Assembly (NCBI GenBank): GCA_905234655.1
Contig: CAJOJG010000002.1
Span: forward strand, 12,089 to 76,088
DNA from: an uncultured Bacteroidales bacterium
GTDB lineage: Bacteria > Bacteroidota > Bacteroidia > Bacteroidales > UBA3824
Direction: 5' to 3'
DNA length: 64,000 bases
Shown here piece after piece: positions 16,842 through 25,444 of this stretch (the stretch's first letter is position 1; each line of letters opens with the position of its first letter). A model generated the notes under the pieces. That model was not told the origin of the DNA. It searched no databases and saw nothing but the letters and a program-made list of their open reading frames with translations. Both the position numbers and the translations under genes were made by a program.

Positions 16842-19800
16842 ATGCAGGACTTGAAATTTCAGGGCAACGAAGTGGCGGTCAGTATGGCGGCCAATGCCTT
16901 TGAGGGCGTTCTCGAAGGCAATAATATGGCATTGTTCGTAAGTGGTGCGTTGGGGGTGGGGAAGACGTCGCTCATGTCCCGGCTCCGTGTCCGGCTTTCA
17001 TCACCGCGAATGTTGGAGCGGTTCGGCACGCTTGCCGGACGGACGTTAGAGGAAGGTTTCGTCGATTTCGTGGACTATGACGACAATGCCGGACATGTAG
17101 AGGCGCATGATGGCTATGCGGTCATTTTCGTTGACGACGTGGAGGACAAAGACGACGGACAGTTAGACAAACTGAGGAGTTTTGTCAGGTCGATGCTGGC
17201 CTCACAAATCCATTTCATGCTTGTCATGGCGTACACTAACAGTGGCGTTAAGAACAAGTCGGCGATGCTGTTGCCGGTGATGTCGGAGATACGCGGCACG
17301 CTCATCAGTTCCGGCGTCGGCACTGTGGACATAGAGGTTAAGCCGATGACGCTCGCCGACATTGCCATAATGGTCATGGACACCCTCTCGCCCAACAACT
17401 TCGAGTCCAATTTTGTCAACAAGCTCCGCACCATGACCGGCGGTGTCCAGCTGTTCATCACTGAGGCAATAAGATACATGCGCGAGTTAGGCGTTTTGCG
17501 GCAGGACGGCGGCGGAGTGTGGACGCTTGACAATGCGGGTCTGTTAGATTCGCGGATTAATATCGGGACATTAGAGGCAAAGCGCATCGAACTGCTCTCT
17601 ACGGTCACGGATTTCAGTGCCGATGGCGTCGAGGAACGGTTCGTGCAGCTTTGTGACAATTATACACGCCATCATATTGTCGGCGAGAAGGCGGCGGATT
17701 TGCTTGCCGAAATCGCCACAAGGATTGCCAGTGACAATTCGCTGTCCGAAAAACTTGTGCAGACGGCAACGGATTTGCTCGCGCTTCGCGACAAGTCCGC
17801 CTCGACAGCCGCCGACGCGCCTGGGCATCATTCTTCACTATTAATAATCAACGATTTAAATATCGGCGACGCAGCCGTGTTGCTTGAAGACCTGAGCAAG
17901 CAGTACAAGATGCCGCAAGTCCTCGAAAATGCACAGTACATGCTTGATGTCTTGGACAAAAGCGATTTGAAGGGGCGCATGACAGCTTTGCAGTACAAGT
18001 CCGACGCGCTTATATTCCTCGGAATGTACCACGAGGCATACGCAACGGCGGGGGAGATGATGAATATCGCAAACACGGATCCTAAGTTTGGCAAATGGCT
18101 CCATGCGGCGTATTTCAGGCTTGGACATTCCGCCGGACTGTATCAGGATTTTGAGACAAGCGACAAGTACATGTACAAAGCCGCAGAAATGGCAGACAGC
18201 GACGGGGACCGTCGCGCCGCTGCCTCTTACCGTTCGACGCATATATTCCTGATGGCCGACCACCACGACTATATGGAAGGGTTGCTCCTTATGAAGGCAG
18301 CCGACAAAATTGCATCGGAAATTGGCGATGTGAAGACGTTGGCGGAATGTAGCTTGGGGGCTGCGCTTTTACGCAAGTCGATATACAGCAAGGAATTCGG
18401 AATGGCGGAACTCGAAACCGGGATGAAGTTTGCCGAAAAGTCCGGCGACCACCGGCTCATCGCCCGTGCACATTCGATAGCTGGAATGTGCTACCAGACG
18501 TTTCACGACCGCGAGAATGCGCTGGAGCATTTGACAAAGGCGGAAACCATGATGATGCAAATCGGCGACAATCCAGGTTTGGCGGGCGTGCGCATTAACC
18601 TTGGCTACCTGATGAACGATTGGGGCAACTATGACGCAGCCATAAGGTATTTCCAGGATTCGCTTTCGATTTCCAGGAGCATCGGACTTTATGTCAAGAT
18701 GCTTCCGGCATACGTCGGGCTTGGCTCGGCAAACATTTACAGGGGCAACCAAAGTGCCGCCGACACGTATTACAAGGAAGTGATGGCGGTAGCGAAAAAA
18801 ATCGGCAACCTCAACGCGCTTGGCTACGCCTTTTCGAGCCTTGGCGAGTACCAGCAACAGTCCGGCAACTATGAGGAGGCGTTCTCGTATTACCGCACGG
18901 CACTTGAATACGACCGAAAGAACAATGATGTCGCCAACATATTCTACGACCTTATCAACATGGCCAGCATGTGCGGCTACATCAATAAAATCGACGAGGG
19001 CATTGACTATATCCATCAGGCGAAGACAGCGGCTGTCGGAGGCCTTTGGGAGTCGATGAGAGGTACTGTCAACAACATCATGGCGGGCTTCCACATCGCG
19101 AAGGAAGAATACAAAAAAGCATTGCAATATTATAAGTTTGGTCTCGAGGGCGACTTGGATAATAACGACCTTGTCAACGCAAGCATATCGTATGGCAATC
19201 TGTGTGGCGTTTACCAGACGCTGGACGACTATAAAAACGCCGAGAAGATGATGGACAAGGCCATGGAAATCGACCGGAAGCTCGACGACCAGTTCCAGCT
19301 CGCCAACCATCTTGGACGGCAGGGCATCAACTATCAGGCGCAAGGGCGGTTTCAGGAAAGCCGCGACATGTTCATCGAGTCTGCCGGGATTTACAGAAAG
19401 ATGAACCTGCTCGAGGACGCGGCTCAGATGTTGCGCAATGCGGCTGTGAGCATGCACGATCTCGACGAGGACAATGCCGCCGAAAAGACGTTGAACGAGG
19501 CGTTGGCGACTGTCGAGGAAACTGGCAATTACGCCATGCAGCCCGACATAATCAGGCTTTTGGCACTCTCGGCGTATGACAATTCGCGCATCGATGAGGC
19601 TGTGTCGCTATACAAGAAAGCCGCCGACATGTACGCCGAGCATGACTTGGAGTATGATGAAGTGTTCTCCGACATCATGCTGGCGTGGGCGGAGATGTAT
19701 ATCGAGAACGAAAAGTACGAGGAAGCCATCGGGTGCTACGACCGGCTGGCGAATGTCTACAAAGAAAAAGACACCGACTCATACGTCCAAAACAAAATCC

Positions 19801-21290
19801 TTTCCGGCAAGGTCTACATGTCGATACCCGACGAAGACGGCGCGAGTGACACTTTTGACGAGGTGCTTTCACTGTTTCCGTCGATGAAAGACCACGACAA
19901 GAAATGTGCGGCGATGAGCGACTATGGCGATTTCTTGTGTTGGATTCAGAGGACTGACGAAGGACTTGAGTACAAGACAAGGGCTGCGGAAGAAATGCGC
20001 GGCAGCGACAACCGCGAGCTTTTGGCGCAGCTTTATTACTCATTGGCGGAGCGGTTGCAGGAGCGCAGGCAATACGAGTGGGCGATCGAGAACTTCAACT
20101 TTGCCATGAAGGTCTATCGCGGCATGAACGACAAGTACCACGAGGGTTTGGTGGCCAATAACATCGGCTATATCTATGACGTGATGTGCAAGGTACGGAC
20201 GGCGGCACAGTATTACTACGCTGCGTACCAGTGTTACAAGGAGGCCGACGACCTTGACGGAATGTACAACAACATCACGAATGCCGCGCTGATGTTCGAG
20301 AAGATTTCCGAAATTGGCGAGGCAGCCAAGTGCTACAAGATTGCATTCGACATGCTCTCCTTCCCGGACGCAGACCCGCAGGAAAGGGGCAATGCGGCTT
20401 TTAGCCTTGCTAAGTGCCTCAATGACGACACCCACGACTTCCTCACGTACATTAATATTGCATACGCCAAGTTCCGCGACGCGGGTTCTTTGATGGACAT
20501 GCTCGCCGCCATTGACGCGCTGTCGTTGCATTATTGGGAGAATAACCGGCGTCATTCCTTCAAATCCGGGATTAATGTAGCGCGCTCGTTATTACAGACA
20601 TACAAGTCCTACGACGCTCAGGTCAACATCTACAACACTATCGCCGTGCTCTATACCTACGCAGAGGACGTGGGGACCGCCATCGAGTATTTTTATAAGT
20701 CCATCATGATTCTCGCCGAGCGTGACATGTGGATAGAGATGGCGCATGAGTATTTTTTCATGGCGACAAAACTAATCCGCGACGACGACAAGCTTGCGCT
20801 TCCGATTACTGTCAAGGGCAAGGCCTACCGCCTGTGCGATTATTGCATAGAATGTCTTGGGTTCGCCATAAAGACCGCCGAGAAGGAGGACGACCTGCCG
20901 CTGTTGGCGGATTCGCTTGGGACGCGCTCGCTCTTGTACTGGAACGACAAGAAGTATGACCTTTTCGAGGCGGACATGGAGGCTGCCATCCAAAAGTCGC
21001 CGACAGACGAGGGCAGGGTCTCGCTCATGCTCCACCGTGGCATACTCTACATGCTTGGCAAGGAGTACGACAAGGCCAAGGACCAGTTTCTCAAGACAAG
21101 TGCCGATGCGAAGGTCAACGGCCTTTATGATGAAAACGTGATGGCGAATGGTTGGCTGTGCTATCTGTCCTTCGAGACGGAAAACATGGTAGCCGCCAAT
21201 TATTACTTCCACCTGCTTGAGCAGGATCTCGAATTTGCGCTGACGCATGTGCCGGGGTTGAACACTTATATCCACAAAAAGAAATTGTGA
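16842..21290 (+). CDS. Large P-loop STAND-like (AAA_16/MalT-type) ATPase fused to a long TPR array, with no recognisable output domain
   Basis: Walker A GALGVGKTS (aa 35-43), Walker B-like VIFVDDVED (aa 94-102), and TGGVQLFITEAIRYM resembling the TGGNPxF motif. More than 1000 aa of TPR-like repeats follow (for example GNYEEAFSYYRTALEYDRK). Confidence 0.8.
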   Translation: MQDLKFQGNEVAVSMAANAFEGVLEGNNMALFVSGALGVGKTSLMSRLRVRLSSPRMLERFGTLAGRTLEEGFVDFVDYDDNAGHVEAHDGYAVIFVDDVEDKDDGQLDKLRSFVRSMLASQIHFMLVMAYTNSGVKNKSAMLLPVMSEIRGTLISSGVGTVDIEVKPMTLADIAIMVMDTLSPNNFESNFVNKLRTMTGGVQLFITEAIRYMRELGVLRQDGGGVWTLDNAGLLDSRINIGTLEAKRIELLSTVTDFSADGVEERFVQLCDNYTRHHIVGEKAADLLAEIATRIASDNSLSEKLVQTATDLLALRDKSASTAADAPGHHSSLLIINDLNIGDAAVLLEDLSKQYKMPQVLENAQYMLDVLDKSDLKGRMTALQYKSDALIFLGMYHEAYATAGEMMNIANTDPKFGKWLHAAYFRLGHSAGLYQDFETSDKYMYKAAEMADSDGDRRAAASYRSTHIFLMADHHDYMEGLLLMKAADKIASEIGDVKTLAECSLGAALLRKSIYSKEFGMAELETGMKFAEKSGDHRLIARAHSIAGMCYQTFHDRENALEHLTKAETMMMQIGDNPGLAGVRINLGYLMNDWGNYDAAIRYFQDSLSISRSIGLYVKMLPAYVGLGSANIYRGNQSAADTYYKEVMAVAKKIGNLNALGYAFSSLGEYQQQSGNYEEAFSYYRTALEYDRKNNDVANIFYDLINMASMCGYINKIDEGIDYIHQAKTAAVGGLWESMRGTVNNIMAGFHIAKEEYKKALQYYKFGLEGDLDNNDLVNASISYGNLCGVYQTLDDYKNAEKMMDKAMEIDRKLDDQFQLANHLGRQGINYQAQGRFQESRDMFIESAGIYRKMNLLEDAAQMLRNAAVSMHDLDEDNAAEKTLNEALATVEETGNYAMQPDIIRLLALSAYDNSRIDEAVSLYKKAADMYAEHDLEYDEVFSDIMLAWAEMYIENEKYEEAIGCYDRLANVYKEKDTDSYVQNKILSGKVYMSIPDEDGASDTFDEVLSLFPSMKDHDKKCAAMSDYGDFLCWIQRTDEGLEYKTRAAEEMRGSDNRELLAQLYYSLAERLQERRQYEWAIENFNFAMKVYRGMNDKYHEGLVANNIGYIYDVMCKVRTAAQYYYAAYQCYKEADDLDGMYNNITNAALMFEKISEIGEAAKCYKIAFDMLSFPDADPQERGNAAFSLAKCLNDDTHDFLTYINIAYAKFRDAGSLMDMLAAIDALSLHYWENNRRHSFKSGINVARSLLQTYKSYDAQVNIYNTIAVLYTYAEDVGTAIEYFYKSIMILAERDMWIEMAHEYFFMATKLIRDDDKLALPITVKGKAYRLCDYCIECLGFAIKTAEKEDDLPLLADSLGTRSLLYWNDKKYDLFEADMEAAIQKSPTDEGRVSLMLHRGILYMLGKEYDKAKDQFLKTSADAKVNGLYDENVMANGWLCYLSFETENMVAANYYFHLLEQDLEFALTHVPGLNTYIHKKKL

Positions 21291-21324
21291 GAGCCTGCCA
21301 TGCGTCATGCGGCGGTTCCACAGC

Positions 21325-22152
21325 CTACAGGAATATGTCGTGCGGCATTTCTTTTATGATTCCCACTTCAAACGCCTTTCGGTAAAGGAACAATATCGCC
21401 TCCTTGCCCTCGTCGCCGAGGTCGATGCTGAAGTCGTTGACATACAGTCCGATGTGGCTCTTAATGACCTCGTCGGAGAGTTCGCGGGCGTATGAGCGGA
21501 TATATGGCATTGCCTCGTCAGTGTGCGCGTAGGCATACTCGATGCTGCGGCGGATAATGCGGCTGACCTTTCGTGCGGTCTCGTTGCCGATGTCGCGGCG
21601 GGCGATGATTGTGCCGAGCGGAATAGGGCGGTGCATGGTCTGCTCCCATTTCTCGCCAAAATCAATAATCTTCACCAATCCACGGTCTTTATATGTAAAA
21701 CGTCCTTCGTGGATTAACAGTCCGCAGTCATAATGCCCGTTCAAAACCTCGCCCTCAATCTTTGAGAACAGCATTGGAGTCTTGTCTTTCGCCTCGGGGA
21801 AGAATGTGGTGAACAACAGGTTAGCCGTCGTGTCGATGCCGGGGATAAGTATCCTTTTTGACTGCATTTCCGCCGGGTCGAAGTATCGGGCGGCGACGAG
21901 CATCGGGCCATTGTTACGTCCTAAAGCCGCGCCGGAGTCCAAGGTGACATACCGTTTCCACAACCTGCCGCCGTATGCGTTGCTGCTGATTTTTGTGATT
22001 TCGGGAGCGTCGTCGGCTTCGGAGTTCTTGTTGAGGATGTCGATGTCGTGCATCGTGATTTCAAAATCAATGCCCTCGGTGTCGATTTTTTTGTTCGCGA
22101 GGGCATAGAATATGAAAGTGTCGTTTGGACACGTTGAGTATGAAAGTCTCAT
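21325..22152 (-). CDS. mqnD: 1,4-dihydroxy-6-naphthoate synthase (futalosine pathway, MqnD; MqnA/MqnD family)
   Basis: MRLSYSTCPNDTFIFYALANKKID...ITKISSNAYG...LDSGAALGRNNGPMLVA... matches the MqnD N-terminal signature. ATG 22152 lies 1 nt after the upstream stop. Confidence 0.8.
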   Translation of the reverse strand: MRLSYSTCPNDTFIFYALANKKIDTEGIDFEITMHDIDILNKNSEADDAPEITKISSNAYGGRLWKRYVTLDSGAALGRNNGPMLVAARYFDPAEMQSKRILIPGIDTTANLLFTTFFPEAKDKTPMLFSKIEGEVLNGHYDCGLLIHEGRFTYKDRGLVKIIDFGEKWEQTMHRPIPLGTIIARRDIGNETARKVSRIIRRSIEYAYAHTDEAMPYIRSYARELSDEVIKSHIGLYVNDFSIDLGDEGKEAILFLYRKAFEVGIIKEMPHDIFL

Positions 22153-22153
22153 C

Positions 22154-22972
22154 TTAGAATGTAGCGCGTTCAATCATTTTCTTGATTATGAGCGTCATGC
22201 GCGGCTCGGCGGAAGCTGCGGCTTGCAGGACTTCTTCGTGCGTGGGCTTTTCGATGACTGTACCGCCGCCGAGGTCTGTGATTACTGACACTGCGAACAC
22301 GGGAAGCCCGCCATGCCTTGCGACTATGACTTCCGGCACGGTGCTCATTCCCACAGCGTCCGCGCCGATGACGTGGAAGAATTTATATTCAGCCGGGGTC
22401 TCGAATGTCGGTCCCGTCACGCCAATGTACACGCCTTTCTGTAGGTGGATATTATTCTCCTCGGCGATGTCGAATGCCATCTTTATGTATCGGCGGTCGT
22501 AAGCCTCGCTCATTTCCGGGAAGCGCGGACCGAGTTCGTCGTCGTTGGGGCCGATGAGCGGGTTTGTGCCGAAGTGGTTGATATGGTCGGTGATGACCAT
22601 CACGTCGCCGACTTTGAACGTGGGGTTCATGCCGCCGGCAGCGTTGGACACGATGAGCAGCTTAATGCCCAGGGCGTTCAGCACCCTGACTGGGAAAGTC
22701 ACCTGTTGCATCGTGTAGCCTTCGTAGAAGTGGAATCGTCCTTGCATGGCCACGACCTTCTTTCCGCCGAGGTAGCCGAATACGAGCTGTCCTTTGTGAC
22801 CCTTGACAGTGGAGACGGGGAAGTTTGGTATGTCGCTGTAGCTGACAGTCTTTACGACCTCGATTTCACCGGCGAGGTTGCCAAGTCCGGAGCCGAGGAT
22901 TATCCCTACTTCAGGCTCAAAATTGACGGACTGTTGTATGAAGTTGGTAGTTGTTTTTATCTGCTGTAACAT
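22154..22972 (-). CDS. Purine nucleoside phosphorylase (trimeric PunA/PNP type)
   Basis: ...EPEVGIILGSGLGNLAGEI...GHKGQLVFGYLGGKKVVAMQGRFHFYEGY...VSNAAGG...MSTVPEVIVA. Confidence 0.9.
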   Translation of the reverse strand: MLQQIKTTTNFIQQSVNFEPEVGIILGSGLGNLAGEIEVVKTVSYSDIPNFPVSTVKGHKGQLVFGYLGGKKVVAMQGRFHFYEGYTMQQVTFPVRVLNALGIKLLIVSNAAGGMNPTFKVGDVMVITDHINHFGTNPLIGPNDDELGPRFPEMSEAYDRRYIKMAFDIAEENNIHLQKGVYIGVTGPTFETPAEYKFFHVIGADAVGMSTVPEVIVARHGGLPVFAVSVITDLGGGTVIEKPTHEEVLQAAASAEPRMTLIIKKMIERATF

Positions 22973-24011
22973 ATTTCAATATTTCGTTTTTAAGGTTATC
23001 TTCGTCGTCGAATACAAAATTGACCTCTATCGGCAGGTAGTACATACGCTGCCTGATTTCCTGTGGCAGCTGCATTTCGCTGAGCCTCATTGCGTCTTTT
23101 TCGGTCGTGATTATGACCTTGTCGTCGCCGGGGATGGAGGCGTATGCCGATTTGATTTTCGAGAGGTCTTTCTTGCTGAAGTTGTGGTGGTCGCCGTATT
23201 TAATGTGCGTTATTTCCTTCGACACGGATTTTCGGAGGTGTTCTTCGAGGGGCTTTGTGTTCGCGATGCCTGTAACGAGCAGTATGTGAGTGTCCTTTGA
23301 GACCGCCGCGTCTGCCGTGATGTCGTCGAAGACCGGTCGGAGCGGCTTGTACTCGAGCGTCGTGAAGAAAATCGACTGGCTCGGCAATAGCCCGATGTGT
23401 TTGGAGAACACGCGCCTTTCTATCGGCTTTACGTCCGGCGGACATTTTGTGACTATCACAATATTAGCCCGTGAACTTTCCTTCGGGGATTCGCGGAGAT
23501 TGCCCCAAGGCAGGAAGTGGTCTTCGAATATGGGGCGGTTGTAGTCGATGAGGAGTATGTTGACGGTCGGTGTGACGCTGCGGTGTTGGTAGGCGTCGTC
23601 GAGGATTATCATCAGGTTTTTGTCCTTTTCTTCGGCAGTAATGCGCTCTATGCCTTCCGCGCGGTCTTCGCATACGACCATGTCCGCCTTTCCGGCGAAC
23701 TTCCGCGCCATTTGCTTTGGCTCGTCGCCAATGTCGGCAACCGTCGAGGCCTGCGTCGCGCGCAGGTAGCCCTTAGTCTTCCGCTTATAGCCACGGCTGA
23801 GGATTGTGATTTTGAACTGGTCGCAGAGCATGTTGACAATGCGCTCTGTGTGAGGGGTTTTGCCAGTGCCGCCTACGGTTATGTTGCCTATGGACACAAC
23901 AGGTACCTCAAATTCGTGCGATTTGAGTACCTTATTGTCGTACAGCGAGTTACGCAACGACGTGAATCCATGGTAAACCCATGATATAGGTATTAGCAGG
24001 CGGCGTGGCAT
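22917..24011 (-). CDS. lpxK: Tetraacyldisaccharide 4'-kinase
   Basis: VPVVSIGNITVGGTGKTPHTE (P-loop), with the size and order of motifs typical for LpxK. The 3' end overlaps the PNP start by 56 nt. Confidence 0.9.
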   Translation of the reverse strand: MPRRLLIPISWVYHGFTSLRNSLYDNKVLKSHEFEVPVVSIGNITVGGTGKTPHTERIVNMLCDQFKITILSRGYKRKTKGYLRATQASTVADIGDEPKQMARKFAGKADMVVCEDRAEGIERITAEEKDKNLMIILDDAYQHRSVTPTVNILLIDYNRPIFEDHFLPWGNLRESPKESSRANIVIVTKCPPDVKPIERRVFSKHIGLLPSQSIFFTTLEYKPLRPVFDDITADAAVSKDTHILLVTGIANTKPLEEHLRKSVSKEITHIKYGDHHNFSKKDLSKIKSAYASIPGDDKVIITTEKDAMRLSEMQLPQEIRQRMYYLPIEVNFVFDDEDNLKNEILKYVTADKNNYQLHTTVRQF

Positions 24012-24109
24012 ATTCAGTTTCGTGTGTTAAAAAAAGTATCACGTTCTGGTTCCCTTCTTCAAAATATTTTGTTTTTTGTTTTTCCTTGTATGAGTGCGTT
24101 TGTGTGTAA

Positions 24110-25366
24110 TTAGCATGCAATCCTTTTTGCTTGTTCCGCGATGAATTTGAGTAGTTCGTTTTCGTCTTCTAAGGTTGTATGTCCATTTTTTGCAATAATC
24201 TTGCCATTTGAAATCAACAGTTTGATGTCCACGGCGTTTTTGTTATATATAAAGTGCTTTGCAAAATTGTCTTGTCGGAGTTCGAAAGGCGTGTTGTTCT
24301 CGAATACGATTAGGTTGTTGTCGCCGTCGCCTTTGAAACCGTTAGTTTTCAAGTATTTATGTATTACATTCAGCCTGTTGTATGCGGTTTGGACTGTGAT
24401 TTCGTTGTCGGTCTTTATCGTCTGGAAGTATGCGTGCCTCATTGCTTCGGGCATTGAAACACTAGAGAAGTCCGAGCCGAGCATCACGATATTGTCAAGC
24501 CATGCGGAGTTGAACGGCTGGATGCCCCTTTGGAAGTTGCCGACAGGGTTTTGCGCAATCCATGACGGCTTGTTTTTGATGTAGTCGCGTTCAGTGTCGG
24601 TTATGGAGTTTGCATTGGCGAGGATTGTGGACGGGAAGTCCATCAGTCCAGATTCGTACAGCCTCATAATGACCGACCTGCGGTGGTCGCGCATTGTGTT
24701 CACTTGGTCGATGTTGTCTTCGGCGGCGTTTATGAGCAGGCCGATGTTGTTTTTCTTACAGAGTTTTCCGACTTCTGTGATGAGTTCGTCGCTCGCGAGG
24801 TACGATGCCGCAATGCCCATAAGCCCTTGGTTGGTGCTGAGGAAGTTGGCGTTCTCGTTAATCTCACGCTCCGCAATCGCATATCCGTCGGCCTCCGATG
24901 CCGCAAAGCTCAACAATGTGCTTACTCCAAGTTTGTTAAACGCCGCTTGCACGATGGCCAGCGAACCTTCGATGAAGGTCGCCGATTCGTTACGGCATAT
25001 AGCGAATGTAGTTCCGTTACGGACGGCGAGCAGTGCCGCGTACAGCGACGAGGCGTATAACAACTCCTTGTCGATGCACTTGTCGATGTTCCAAAGTATG
25101 TCGCTGACGTACCTGAAATATGTGGACTCTTTCTTTGTGAAAACCTTGGCCTGTGCGGCGAGGGACAATCCCGGCCGCACGTAGGCATCGGCAAATGAAT
25201 GAGTTATATATAGCCCGGAGCAGTCTACTAATGTGTCGCCTGGCTGTGGCTTATAGTCGTCCACGAATGTCGCCTGTTCGTTGTCTTCCTTGACAAGGAC
25301 GTCGACCTTCTTAAATTCGAGGGTGTCGTGGGCGATGAATGTTCCGTTTTTAAGTAGTAACGACAT
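24110..25366 (-). CDS. SsnA/chlorohydrolase-like amidohydrolase-fold protein with a degenerate metal-binding site
   Basis: The overall amidohydrolase layout is present (N-terminal beta-sandwich LLLKNGTFIA..., ...LGSDFSS...). The HxH motif reads THSF, and later expected His positions read INAAED and ANANS. Confidence 0.6.
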   Translation of the reverse strand: MSLLLKNGTFIAHDTLEFKKVDVLVKEDNEQATFVDDYKPQPGDTLVDCSGLYITHSFADAYVRPGLSLAAQAKVFTKKESTYFRYVSDILWNIDKCIDKELLYASSLYAALLAVRNGTTFAICRNESATFIEGSLAIVQAAFNKLGVSTLLSFAASEADGYAIAEREINENANFLSTNQGLMGIAASYLASDELITEVGKLCKKNNIGLLINAAEDNIDQVNTMRDHRRSVIMRLYESGLMDFPSTILANANSITDTERDYIKNKPSWIAQNPVGNFQRGIQPFNSAWLDNIVMLGSDFSSVSMPEAMRHAYFQTIKTDNEITVQTAYNRLNVIHKYLKTNGFKGDGDNNLIVFENNTPFELRQDNFAKHFIYNKNAVDIKLLISNGKIIAKNGHTTLEDENELLKFIAEQAKRIAC

Positions 25367-25444
25367 TTTCTTTTGGGTGTATTGTGATTTGGAAACCTGC
25401 CATGGTACGCTATATTATTTTTGGAGACGTGCCATGGTAGGACT

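Noticed and set aside
18369-19457. A 362-aa - strand ORF, plus several 60-170-aa ORFs, inside the ATPase-TPR gene
   Set aside because: They are antisense or out of frame relative to a continuous 1482-codon ORF with clear P-loop and TPR periodicity. They have no independent start context.
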